Assembly: GCA_934168275.1 (NCBI GenBank)
Contig: CAKPNA010000001.1
Location: forward strand, 249,034 to 313,033
Direction of reading: 5' to 3'
Origin: an uncultured Bacilli bacterium
GTDB taxonomy: Bacteria > Bacillota_I > Bacilli_A > RF39 > UBA660
DNA length: 64,000 nt
Of the stretch, positions 9,914-19,997 are shown one piece after another (position 1 is the stretch's first letter; each line of letters opens with the position of its first letter). The notes under the pieces were generated by a model. That model worked only from the letters and a program-made list of their open reading frames with translations. It made no database searches and was not told the origin of the DNA. A program made the translations under genes and the position numbers.

Positions 9914-10839
9914 AAAATCACTCCTTCTTTATAATATCTTACCAATTTACGTGATGGATATCTTAGTTTTCTTAAAGCATGAACTTCTATCTGCCTAACT
10001 CTATCTTTTGTAATACCATATTGTTTACCAATTTCTCGATATCCTTTTGTATCGCAACCACCTAAACCATATCTTTGATAAATAATATCTTTCTCTCTTT
10101 CATCTTTCATTACCAAATCAACATCTCTAATAAATGCTTGGCGTTCACTCTCATTAATAATATCTCTTTCCATATCATTTCTATCTACTATATTATCACT
10201 TATATCATCAAATATACTAATATCAATAATTAACTTTAAATAATTCTTAATAGTTGTCTTATTAATATCATTTATATCCATATTTATGTTTATATACATC
10301 TTTTCAAATAATAATAAAATATCTTCTGCAAAAGACTCATAAGTAGAATCATAAAACATTTCTCTAAGTAAATCATAATTTAACTTTTCATTACTTTTTC
10401 TTAATTCAACATAATTGTTAAACAGATTTATAAATTCATCAACACTACAACCGAATAAATCACATATTAAGAAGTCAGAACCTCCTAATTTTTCATAAAC
10501 TTCATTAAAGAATGTTGTTGTAAATAAATTTGAATATTTACTAATACTTAATAATTCTCCATTATATATCTTTTGTATCCATACCTCTGTAAAAGCACTA
10601 ATAATATCATCAATATCATATAAACGTGTTGATAAAACTACCAAATTATTTCTAGATATATAATTATATACAACATAAAGTGTACCTAGTATTAATTTAT
10701 CCATATACTCTTTCTTTAATGAATCATTACTAGCACTTGTCGCTTTTCTATAAAGTTCTTGAGCTTCTGCTAACTTCAATTTATCAAAACTAGATATTTG
10801 ATTAAATAATTCATTCATAACCAAATTACCCCCCTTCAA
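9910..10839 (-). CDS. Sigma-70 family RNA polymerase sigma factor (group 3-like)
   Basis: 309 aa. The C-terminal region 4.2 HTH is DIIYQRYGLGGCDTKGYREIGKQYGITKDRVRQIEVHALRKLR. A region-2-like segment LILGTLYVVYNYISR is also present. Confidence 0.75.
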   Translation of the reverse strand: MKGGNLVMNELFNQISSFDKLKLAEAQELYRKATSASNDSLKKEYMDKLILGTLYVVYNYISRNNLVVLSTRLYDIDDIISAFTEVWIQKIYNGELLSISKYSNLFTTTFFNEVYEKLGGSDFLICDLFGCSVDEFINLFNNYVELRKSNEKLNYDLLREMFYDSTYESFAEDILLLFEKMYININMDINDINKTTIKNYLKLIIDISIFDDISDNIVDRNDMERDIINESERQAFIRDVDLVMKDEREKDIIYQRYGLGGCDTKGYREIGKQYGITKDRVRQIEVHALRKLRYPSRKLVRYYKEGVIL

Positions 10840-10847
10840 ATATATAA

Positions 10848-11459
10848 CTAAATTCTTTCTTTAATTAATTCTTTAACTTTTCTTTCACTTTTAACACAAG
10901 CAAAATAATCATCATCTGCTGTATCATAATAAAAGCCTAAACCATCCGTTGTTTCATTTGCCATACTATGTAACCTTTTTAGTTTAGTTTCTCTATCTTT
11001 ATCACTAATATGTCCATACATCCCAAGACAAATATTAAGACCTAAATCGTGTAATTGCTTAATTTTATCAATATCACATATATCATATGGATTGTGTGTT
11101 AAAAACAAATCACAATTATCAACTTTAAATATTGAAGAACTCATTAATACTAACAATCTATCATCATAAATTATTAGTCTACCATTATTTAAACCAAACG
11201 TCTCTCCAAAAGATGAAACAACTGCAACTAACTTTAAACCTAAACTATCGTATTTGCCTTTATTTATTTCAATAGCAGTTTCATCTGACAAATTTATATC
11301 TAAAAAAGACAAATAATCACCATACATCTTAGTTTGCTTATATAATCTACTTACCCATTCAACAAAATCTGTATCATTCAAAATATTAAATTTATCATAC
11401 TTCTTACCAGCAGATTTACAATATTGATAATATAAACAAAACCAATATTCACTTTTCAT
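10848..11459 (-). CDS. Hypothetical protein (first gene of the sigma operon)
   Basis: 203 aa with no recognisable family. A 9-bp gap separates it from the sigma gene on the same strand. Confidence 0.45.
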   Translation of the reverse strand: MKSEYWFCLYYQYCKSAGKKYDKFNILNDTDFVEWVSRLYKQTKMYGDYLSFLDINLSDETAIEINKGKYDSLGLKLVAVVSSFGETFGLNNGRLIIYDDRLLVLMSSSIFKVDNCDLFLTHNPYDICDIDKIKQLHDLGLNICLGMYGHISDKDRETKLKRLHSMANETTDGLGFYYDTADDDYFACVKSERKVKELIKERI

Positions 11460-11583
11460 AAATAACCTCCTATATTTTTTTACTTTTTCCCCAAAAGCAC
11501 TAGTATTATACTCTAAATCATGATATAATCAAAATACATATTTTTTATATGTTATATAACTATTAGTTATATTAGGAGGAATT

Positions 11584-12477
11584 ATGAATATAAACTTAGA
11601 ACTATATAAAACTTTTTATTATGTTGCTAAAAATGAAAGTATATCAAGAGCAGCTAATGAATTATTAATAAGTCAACCCGCTATAAGTAAAGCAATTAAA
11701 ACTTTAGAGGATCAGCTTAATACTAATCTTTTTATTAGAAAAAGAGACGGTGTTGAGTTAACCGAAGCCGGTGAAGCTATCTATAAAAAAATAAAAGATG
11801 CTATGGACTTAATCGGTTCTGCCGAAAACGACCTAAAAACTTTAACAAATATGGAATCAGGTACAATTAATATTGGTGCTAGTAAAACTATTATTCATGA
11901 GTTTTTAATGCCTTACATAAAATCATTCCATAAAGTACATCCAAATATAAATATTAAAATCCATACCGACAAAACTTCAGACATAATAAAAAAAGCAAAG
12001 ATGGGAATAATAGATGTCATATTTACCAATTTACCATATACTTTACCACAAGAATTTAACGAATTTAAATTGATAGATTTACATGACTGTTTTATTGCTA
12101 ATGAAGACTTTTCTGAATATAAAAATAAAAAACTAACAATCAAAGACTTAGAAAATCTTCCACTATTAGTTTTAACTAAAGGTACTGCAACAAGAATTAG
12201 ACTTGATAATTTTTGTGAAGAAAACAATATACATATTAAACCGGCAATGGAATTCAGTAGTAATACTTTAATAAAAGAGTTCACAGAAGAAGGATTCGGT
12301 ATAGGTCTTTTAAATGAAGAACATATAAAAGAAGAATTACAATCAGGTAAATTATTTAAGTTAGATATTAACCTAACATTAAAAGAAAAATATTTAGGTA
12401 TGGTATATAACAAAGAAAATAAAAGTCTTGTCGCTAAAAACTTTATAAAATACATAAAAGATAGTATTAAAAACTAA
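11584..12477 (+). CDS. LysR-family transcriptional regulator
   Basis: 297 aa. The N-terminal HTH is LELYKTFYYVAKNESISRAANELLISQPAISKAIKTLEDQL...LFIRKRDGVELTEAG, followed by a C-terminal substrate-binding domain. Confidence 0.85.
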   Translation: MNINLELYKTFYYVAKNESISRAANELLISQPAISKAIKTLEDQLNTNLFIRKRDGVELTEAGEAIYKKIKDAMDLIGSAENDLKTLTNMESGTINIGASKTIIHEFLMPYIKSFHKVHPNINIKIHTDKTSDIIKKAKMGIIDVIFTNLPYTLPQEFNEFKLIDLHDCFIANEDFSEYKNKKLTIKDLENLPLLVLTKGTATRIRLDNFCEENNIHIKPAMEFSSNTLIKEFTEEGFGIGLLNEEHIKEELQSGKLFKLDINLTLKEKYLGMVYNKENKSLVAKNFIKYIKDSIKN

Positions 12478-12479
12478 TA

Positions 12480-14171
12480 CTATCTTTTTGAACGCCCATT
12501 TTCAAAATCTTTTAATTCATCTTCTGATACAGCACTATTTTGTTGAAGGGCATTTAGTGTTTCGTATGACAATTGTGGTTTTATTGATAAATCTCTACTA
12601 ACATATAACGCTAGTTCTGCTTGTTCGGTAGGAGTAAATTTTCTAATAAAGTTTTCATTTGCCACTTCTTCAACTATTGAAGAAAATAATGCTTCATTTT
12701 TTATATCATTAAATGAACTTCTACCACCTGAATGCTTTATATCACCCTGCTCCATATTATAACTAGCTCCACTATCTGAACTATTAAACAAGTTTCTATA
12801 TATTTGTAATGTTTGTAGTAATTCATTATCCTTACCAACACGAATAGTTTCTGCTTTACCGGTCTTAATAGAATATACATAATTACTACCATTATCATCC
12901 GGATAAATACCTCTAAATATATAATCTCTTTTTTGCTTTCTAGCATTTAATAGTTCATACAAGATTGTTCTAGAACTCCTAGAAGTGTTAAGATCACCTT
13001 TATAATCGGTTGTAGATATTGAAACATATCCTCCTGGTCTTTTAGAATCATTTAAATACCTATCCGGAGCAATTCGTGCTAAACAAAAACAAGTTTTAAA
13101 GAAATCTCCTCTCATAAAAGAAGAAGTTTTTAATACAACTCTCTCCCAATTGATGATCTCATACTTCTTACCATCTATTTCATATAAGCCATTACTATCA
13201 AGAATTACTTTTTCATTATTATAAATAGCAAGTAATACATCTAAAGCTGAAGAAGTATGAGTAAGACTAGAACCAGTCATTATATTTAAAACATTAAGTG
13301 CTTCATCACCTAATTCACTTCCTTTAGGAAATCCAAGTAAATGCGGAATATTAAAATCATTAAGTTGAAAAGTAAAATCAAAGGTTGAGCCATCAGCCAA
13401 TTTTACAGAATTTTCAACATTATTTCTCCTTGAAGTATATATTGTTCTGTAAGTTTCAATACATAAATTTAAATTTTCAAACAAAATAGTCATAACTTTC
13501 TTCATCGCATCATTACTAGAAGATATAATTTTATTTCCCATAGGAAAATCACTAATATTAATTTCTGATTTCTCTTTTGAACCTGTAATCTTCTTACCAC
13601 CACTAGTATAAATCTCAGTATCAGACGATTTTTTATATGTAAATTTTCCATTCTTTTGAGACAATACTTCATTATAATATTTTGATCGAGAATCAGCCTC
13701 AACTATAATATTTCTACCCATAGCAGCCTCAATTAAATTAACTAATGCCACATCATCAAAACAAAATCTTTTATTTAATCTATCCGCTAAATATTTAACC
13801 TGTGCATATACATCACATTTAAATTGTTGAGGATACCCCTTAGATTTTAAAAAACTTTCAAGTCTCAAAGAAATACTCTCTTGATTATAATTATTTAAAA
13901 TAAAATCTATCGATTTACCATATTCTCTACTTGCAAATTCATTAATAACACTAATAACAATATTAGTATATAGTTCAATTGCTTCTTTATATAACTGAAG
14001 AATATCTCGTAATATAACATTATCGTCTTCATAATCTTTTTTATATGACTGAAACTTCATATTAATCTCATTAAAGTTTAAAATTAAAAGTCTAGCTATA
14101 TCAGCTCTAGACACATTAAAAGAACCATATATATCCTCTAATATAACCTTTTTATTATCCATTTCTATCAC
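12480..14171 (-). CDS. Hypothetical 563-aa cytoplasmic protein (no recognisable family)
   Basis: Long uninterrupted ORF with normal codon composition. It is convergent with the LysR gene and shares an orientation with the downstream sensor and ligase genes. Confidence 0.5.
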   Translation of the reverse strand: MIEMDNKKVILEDIYGSFNVSRADIARLLILNFNEINMKFQSYKKDYEDDNVILRDILQLYKEAIELYTNIVISVINEFASREYGKSIDFILNNYNQESISLRLESFLKSKGYPQQFKCDVYAQVKYLADRLNKRFCFDDVALVNLIEAAMGRNIIVEADSRSKYYNEVLSQKNGKFTYKKSSDTEIYTSGGKKITGSKEKSEINISDFPMGNKIISSSNDAMKKVMTILFENLNLCIETYRTIYTSRRNNVENSVKLADGSTFDFTFQLNDFNIPHLLGFPKGSELGDEALNVLNIMTGSSLTHTSSALDVLLAIYNNEKVILDSNGLYEIDGKKYEIINWERVVLKTSSFMRGDFFKTCFCLARIAPDRYLNDSKRPGGYVSISTTDYKGDLNTSRSSRTILYELLNARKQKRDYIFRGIYPDDNGSNYVYSIKTGKAETIRVGKDNELLQTLQIYRNLFNSSDSGASYNMEQGDIKHSGGRSSFNDIKNEALFSSIVEEVANENFIRKFTPTEQAELALYVSRDLSIKPQLSYETLNALQQNSAVSEDELKDFENGRSKR

Positions 14172-14204
14172 CTTCTATTAAATAAATTATAACAAAAAAA
14201 AGTA

Positions 14205-16010
14205 TTACTTTAAATACTTTTTTAATATATTATGTAATTTATTACTATCCATAGGTTTCATTATATAACCTAAATTATAAGTCTTATATTTACTCTCTAA
14301 ATCATTACCACTAGTTAACATAACTACTACATTAGGACTATATCCTGCCATTCTCTTAATCTTATTACTAATATCAGGATTTCCAATAAGATTAGCATCT
14401 AACCAATAAAACTCTGAACTATCAGGCATCATATCGTCTAGTAAAATCATATCATAATGATTATCACCATATAATAAATTAGTAAACTCTATATAATCAT
14501 AAGCTACTGTTATATTAATATGATAAGGCTCTAATAAAAGTATTAAATTATTTATCTTATCTTTATTATCATCTACTAATAGAATATTCTTACTAGATAA
14601 GTCAAAATACTCCACTTTTCTATTTCTTTTAGATATCTCTACTTCTTGATAATTCTTCTCTATTCTTTGATTAATTGTTAAACAAAACTCTAACTTACCA
14701 TCAACATTATTAATAGTAAACTTTATTTTTTGTAATTCTACTAACTTCTTTAAAACATTATACTCTAACCCACTTAATACTTTATCATAATCTTCTATCT
14801 TATCTAAACCTTTTGTATTATCTATAATCATCGTAAACTTCATTCTAGATACTACACCAAGTTCATATACATCAAGTTTTAATAAAATATCTTTAACTTC
14901 AAAGTTAGCCATAATAGTACTATATAAACTAATTAAAGTCTCTTTAATCTTTTCATCATCCCCACTTAAAACCGGATGAATATTATTATCAAAATCATAA
15001 GTAAACTTAACTTTATCATTAATAGATTTAATATCAAATAACTCTCTAATTTCCTCAAATAATTCTTTAGTATCATACTTATACTTCTTTAATGGATACT
15101 TACCACTTTCTATCTTCGATAACTCTATACTACTCTTAATCTCATTAACAAGATTAACTGAATATTTCTGTATCTCTTCTTTATCTTTAACAAACTCTTC
15201 ATCACTATCATAATGTTTATTACCAAACTGTAATAACTTAGTAAGTGAAGTATCAATACTAGATGATAAATTATTCATACTATTAACTGTTGCATCTTTT
15301 TCTCTTTCTAATAAATCATTAGTAGTAGTTAATTCTTTAATTAATTTAACATCCGGATTCTCAATCGTAAAATACATAAGAAATATTACCAAAGTCTCAA
15401 TAGGTGTTGTCAATAGCATATACGGATATTTCATTTGTATTGCCCCACCAATTCCTGCTAAAATAAGAAATATAAAAATAGGTAAATATTGTTTTATACT
15501 AATATTTTTAATTTTCCATACAATAACAATAAGCCAAATACTCATTACTATAATTAATACAGCTTGTAAAAATCTAACTGAAACCCCATAAGAATAAACA
15601 TAAGTACCATCGTTATAGTATTCCATAGGTAAAAATATTTCTATAGCTGATAATACAAAGAATAATACTATACATACACACTTTACAGTATAGAAAAACT
15701 TACTATTTTCTAAATCACTATTCTTCTCATTAAAAGCAACTACAAAAACATAGTAAGTATATATCATTAAAAATAATAAATAATAAATAAGTAATGCCTT
15801 TGTAACTACCACATTAATAAGAGGAATCTTATCCATATGCATAACAGTATAAAAACACCCTAATTCAATTAGTAATCCAAAGACATTAGATACTAATAAG
15901 CACTTAAATATTCTATTTTCTAAATTAGAAATATGTTCTTTCATAAAATAAAATATATTTAAAAGTACAACATAAACAAGACTTGTAATTTGAAGTAATA
16001 TTAAACTCAT
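14205..16010 (-). CDS. Membrane sensor with N-terminal ~7TM domain, degenerate histidine-kinase-like core and C-terminal receiver (REC) domain
   Basis: 601 aa with an N-terminal multi-TM region. The middle resembles the dimerisation/HATPase region (LSKIESGKYPLKKYKYDTKELFEEIRELF...KFTYDFD...LSGDDEKIKETLISLYS) but has no H-box histidine. The C-terminal REC is ILLVDDNKDKIN...YDMILLDDMMPD. Confidence 0.55.
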   Translation of the reverse strand: MSLILLQITSLVYVVLLNIFYFMKEHISNLENRIFKCLLVSNVFGLLIELGCFYTVMHMDKIPLINVVVTKALLIYYLLFLMIYTYYVFVVAFNEKNSDLENSKFFYTVKCVCIVLFFVLSAIEIFLPMEYYNDGTYVYSYGVSVRFLQAVLIIVMSIWLIVIVWKIKNISIKQYLPIFIFLILAGIGGAIQMKYPYMLLTTPIETLVIFLMYFTIENPDVKLIKELTTTNDLLEREKDATVNSMNNLSSSIDTSLTKLLQFGNKHYDSDEEFVKDKEEIQKYSVNLVNEIKSSIELSKIESGKYPLKKYKYDTKELFEEIRELFDIKSINDKVKFTYDFDNNIHPVLSGDDEKIKETLISLYSTIMANFEVKDILLKLDVYELGVVSRMKFTMIIDNTKGLDKIEDYDKVLSGLEYNVLKKLVELQKIKFTINNVDGKLEFCLTINQRIEKNYQEVEISKRNRKVEYFDLSSKNILLVDDNKDKINNLILLLEPYHINITVAYDYIEFTNLLYGDNHYDMILLDDMMPDSSEFYWLDANLIGNPDISNKIKRMAGYSPNVVVMLTSGNDLESKYKTYNLGYIMKPMDSNKLHNILKKYLK

Positions 16011-16049
16011 TTCCTAGCACCTCTTATATTACATAGTATATCATATATT

Positions 16050-17861
16050 TTATTTTTGGAAAAGTCTTTTTTTCTTTTTTACATTATTAACAGCATTATT
16101 GTTCTGATACATTTTTTCAAGTTCAATAAGGTTAGGTTTTTTACTAGCATTAAGTGGCATTTCATCAATAAATACTACATCACTAGGTACCATATATTCA
16201 GGAACACTAACCATACAATTATCAATAATTTGACGTTTTAAATCTTCATCAGCTACAATACCATCTTTAACAACAACATAAGCAATAGCTGTATTTTCTA
16301 CTTTAGCATCAGGTACAGTAATTACTTCACAATTTTTAACAAAATCAAGTGTAGCAATACTTCTCTTAGTTCTTTCAGGAATTAACTTTGTCGGATTACC
16401 TTTAGCATCAAATGTTAATACCATTCTTCTAAGTCTGCCATCTAAGAAAATCTCTCCTTGTTCATTATAATGAAGTATATCTTCACTATTATACCAAACA
16501 ACACCATTCTCATCTTTAACTAAATTATGATTAGTAGCTTCTTCATCATTATGATAACCATTCATTCTAGCAGCTGAATACATATAACCAACACCAGGTT
16601 CATTAGGCCCTAATTCTTTACCAGTATCAACATCTAATACTTTAAGAATATTACCAACACATGGTTTACCCATACTACCTAAACTAGCTCCATCATAATA
16701 ACAATATGCAAATGATCCAATTAACTCATTAGCTCCATATCCTTGAGCTATCTCTGCTGTTCCACCATTTCTTCTAATATACTCATCAGCACCTAACTTA
16801 ACACTATCTTTAAGTTCCGCACCACCAGTAACTATAATCTTCCATCTAGAACAATCCATCTTCTTATTCATCTCTGTCATCTTTTGAATATATGGTGGAA
16901 TAGTTAACCAATGATTAAATCTATAAAAGTTATTTCTATTAACAATATTTTTAGGATTAAATAATGGATCTAAAGCAAGTGCTACACCTAAACTTAATGG
17001 TTCATGTATCATATTAATTAATGAATAATATAACCATGTTGGGAATGTTGAAAACATAACATCATCAGGATCAAATCTATTAAGCTCTGTCATACCCATT
17101 ATTTGTACCATTGCATCTAATCTATCCCAAGAAGCCTTAACAGCCTTACAATTTCCTGTTGAACCACTAGTATATGCCACTGCAGCAATATGATCAGTAT
17201 TATATCTAGCTTCTTCTACTTCTTCAGTACTTTTTCTACCAAGATCTATTACCTCATCAAAGCAAAAAACATTCTCTCCATCATATAATTTCTTATTACA
17301 ACCCTTTAATTTTTCAATTAAACCATATTTGGCTTTAGACATTGTACAAGCATTAAAACCTTTAGGTATACTATCTATTAAAGAAGTAGTAATTACCTTC
17401 TCTACCCCAATCTCTTTTAAAGCATCTTGCATATCTTTAGAATAAAATATATCATTAGCTACAAAGAACTTTGAATTAAAATTAGATAATTCTCTCTTAA
17501 CCTCTGAAGGATTACTAGCAGCATTAACTAAGTGCATAGTAGCGCCTATTTTATCTAAAGCATAAACAGCCGCAATAGCATAAGGAGTACCTAATAAACT
17601 CATAGTAACTACATCATCATACTTAACACCTAATTCACTAAATCCTTTAGCCATATTATCTATTAAAGTTAAAAACTCTCTAAAGGTATATTCTCTACCA
17701 AAGTATAATATTGCTTTAGCATCCGGTTTAGATAATGCTACATCTTTAAACCTTTCATACATTGTCTTATGCTCTAAGATTTTCTCCATCTCTCCAGCAT
17801 TCTTAATTTGCATTACTCTTTCTTTTAAATTAACAAAATATTCTTTACTAAATTTTTCCAT
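16050..17861 (-). CDS. AMP-binding (ANL-family) acyl-CoA synthetase/adenylating enzyme
   Basis: 603 aa with the adenylation P-loop motif YTSGSTGNCKAV and overall ANL architecture. Confidence 0.8.
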   Translation of the reverse strand: MEKFSKEYFVNLKERVMQIKNAGEMEKILEHKTMYERFKDVALSKPDAKAILYFGREYTFREFLTLIDNMAKGFSELGVKYDDVVTMSLLGTPYAIAAVYALDKIGATMHLVNAASNPSEVKRELSNFNSKFFVANDIFYSKDMQDALKEIGVEKVITTSLIDSIPKGFNACTMSKAKYGLIEKLKGCNKKLYDGENVFCFDEVIDLGRKSTEEVEEARYNTDHIAAVAYTSGSTGNCKAVKASWDRLDAMVQIMGMTELNRFDPDDVMFSTFPTWLYYSLINMIHEPLSLGVALALDPLFNPKNIVNRNNFYRFNHWLTIPPYIQKMTEMNKKMDCSRWKIIVTGGAELKDSVKLGADEYIRRNGGTAEIAQGYGANELIGSFAYCYYDGASLGSMGKPCVGNILKVLDVDTGKELGPNEPGVGYMYSAARMNGYHNDEEATNHNLVKDENGVVWYNSEDILHYNEQGEIFLDGRLRRMVLTFDAKGNPTKLIPERTKRSIATLDFVKNCEVITVPDAKVENTAIAYVVVKDGIVADEDLKRQIIDNCMVSVPEYMVPSDVVFIDEMPLNASKKPNLIELEKMYQNNNAVNNVKKKKRLFQK

Positions 17862-18023
17862 TCTTCAACTTCATCCCTTCTTAATACCTAAAAAATAGGC
17901 AATTTTCACTTCTTGGCAAGTATTTTACCACAAAATTTTAAAAAATGATATACCATTCATCCCACTTTTTACTTTTTTTAATACAAAATAAAGCAAATAT
18001 AAATATTTAAATATTAACATTTT

Positions 18024-18107
18024 CCACCCATAATCGGACTTCTATCTATTACCACCCGGACTTTTTTACAAAAAGGTACTAAAATGTCCACTTACAACCG
18101 GACTTTT
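18024..18107. promoter_or_regulatory. Three direct repeats of ACC(C)GGACTT(T/C)T, two preceded by CCACCC, in the promoter region of the AMP-ligase gene
   Basis: ccacccataatCGGACTTct at 18035, ccacccGGACTTtttt at 18057 and acaaCCGGACTTtt at 18098. These GC-containing motifs are otherwise rare in this AT-rich window. Confidence 0.45.
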
Positions 18108-18114
18108 AAATAGT

Positions 18115-18627
18115 TTATTTACTTTTTTCCTTATCTATGTACTCTAAAATAATTTTTTCATTTTTTAATATTTCGTCCATCTTTCGATGTAATTCTTCCA
18201 AAATTAACTCGTTCTTAAGTGTTGTCTTATACTCATTATTACTCTTAATCTTCTCTTTTTTAGCCTCTCTATTCTGACTCATCATAATTATTGGTGCTTG
18301 AATAGCAGATATACAAGATAAAACTAAATTAAGTAAAATAAATGGATATGGATCAACAGCTTGCATAGCCATAATATTTAATACTATCCAAAATATTAAA
18401 AACAAAACAAATATTATTATAAATGTCCACGATCCTGCTACCTCAGCTAACTTATCCGATACTTTCTCTCCAATTGTTCTATTCTCTTCCTTATCAACAT
18501 TAATAGCAATAGGTTCATTTATCAGCATGTCAAATAATTCATCAAAATTATCCATTGTATCATTATCTGTCTTATTTAAAATCATCTTAACTAATTTCTC
18601 TTTATTCATCTTTCCCATCTTTACCAC
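18115..18627 (-). CDS. DUF1003 family membrane protein
   Basis: 170 aa. GEKVSDKLAEVAGSWTFIIIF...DPYPFILLNLVLSCISAIQAPIIMMSQNREAKKEK matches the DUF1003 signature. Confidence 0.8.
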   Translation of the reverse strand: MVKMGKMNKEKLVKMILNKTDNDTMDNFDELFDMLINEPIAINVDKEENRTIGEKVSDKLAEVAGSWTFIIIFVLFLIFWIVLNIMAMQAVDPYPFILLNLVLSCISAIQAPIIMMSQNREAKKEKIKSNNEYKTTLKNELILEELHRKMDEILKNEKIILEYIDKEKSK

Positions 18628-18692
18628 GACCTTACTACTTAATTATAACATAAATCCTAGTTAACAATAAACATTAACTAGGATATTTTTAA

Positions 18693-19997
18693 TTATTTTT
18701 TCTTATCAATAACTATAACACTCTTATTAGAAAAATCAATATTCTTAATAACCTTATTAACTTCTTCTAAACTAATAGAGTTTATCACACCAATAATATT
18801 ATCTTCAATATGATTATCAAATATAATATTATCTACTATCATTTCATTAACCATCTCGATATTCTCATAACTAAATATTTCATTACTAATTAATACTTTT
18901 TTCTTTCTCTTTAAGTCCTCTTCAGTAATATGAATATTACTTATTTCTTTATCAATTTCTTTAATTAATTCTTCATACTTCTCTGATTCTCCAATTAAAG
19001 AAATAATAAAATGGGTATCACAATTTAATAAATTATATCCAAGTGTATTAGCTATAATACCTTTCTTCTTTAACCTACTATCAAATATCGAAGTATCAGA
19101 AAATATAATATTAAATATCAAGAATAATATAACATTAAGTTTTCTAGTTTCCATATCAAAATCTTCAACATTAATTTTAATATTATAAGCTAACTTTGGT
19201 ATATCCGTATTTATCTTTATAACTTCATACTTCTTAACAACACTATCTTTTTCAAATACCTCTGGTCTCTTAACAGCTTCTCTCTTGTCATATTCCTTAC
19301 TATCCATCTTCTTCTTAATAACTTCTAAAACTTTATCTTTATCAAAAGAACCGGTAATAACTAAAAACATATTACTAGGATGATAAAAAGTATTATAACA
19401 AGTCTCTAAGTCTTCCTTAGTAATACTATTAACTTCTTTCTTTGTGCCGATAATTGATTCTTTAAAAGAATTACTATGTAAGGTATTCTCTCTAATCTTA
19501 TCATATAGAATATCCATTGGTCTATCATCACACATATTTATCTCTTGAGTAATTATTCCCTTTTCTGACTCAACATTCTCCTCAGTTAAATTAATACTAC
19601 CAACAAAATCTAATAAATATTCGATATTCTCTTCTAAATTATCTGGCCCTGAAAATAAATATGTTGTATTTTTAAAAGTTGTATAGGCATTAGTAAGTGC
19701 CCCACTTTTGGCATAAAACTCTTCTGGTTGAGGATCTTTCTCTTGAACAAATACTTTATGTTCCAAAAAGTGTGCTATTCCATTAGGAAATTTCTTCATC
19801 TTATTACTATTATATGGAACAAATTCATTATATACTGAACCATATCTTGTTGTATATGTCGCATAATTATTATGAAAATTATCTTTAGTATATAAATATA
19901 CATCTAACCCATTTTTTAACTTTTCATAATATATTACTTCATCAATCTTTTTAATTCTAATCTCCTTCATGTTGTCCCTCCAATACATATACTGCAT
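18693..19997 (-). CDS. M16-family (insulinase-like) zinc peptidase, active subunit
   Basis: 434 aa with the inverted zinc-binding motif HFLEH(K) (HxxEH). Confidence 0.75.
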   Translation of the reverse strand: MQYMYWRDNMKEIRIKKIDEVIYYEKLKNGLDVYLYTKDNFHNNYATYTTRYGSVYNEFVPYNSNKMKKFPNGIAHFLEHKVFVQEKDPQPEEFYAKSGALTNAYTTFKNTTYLFSGPDNLEENIEYLLDFVGSINLTEENVESEKGIITQEINMCDDRPMDILYDKIRENTLHSNSFKESIIGTKKEVNSITKEDLETCYNTFYHPSNMFLVITGSFDKDKVLEVIKKKMDSKEYDKREAVKRPEVFEKDSVVKKYEVIKINTDIPKLAYNIKINVEDFDMETRKLNVILFLIFNIIFSDTSIFDSRLKKKGIIANTLGYNLLNCDTHFIISLIGESEKYEELIKEIDKEISNIHITEEDLKRKKKVLISNEIFSYENIEMVNEMIVDNIIFDNHIEDNIIGVINSISLEEVNKVIKNIDFSNKSVIVIDKKK

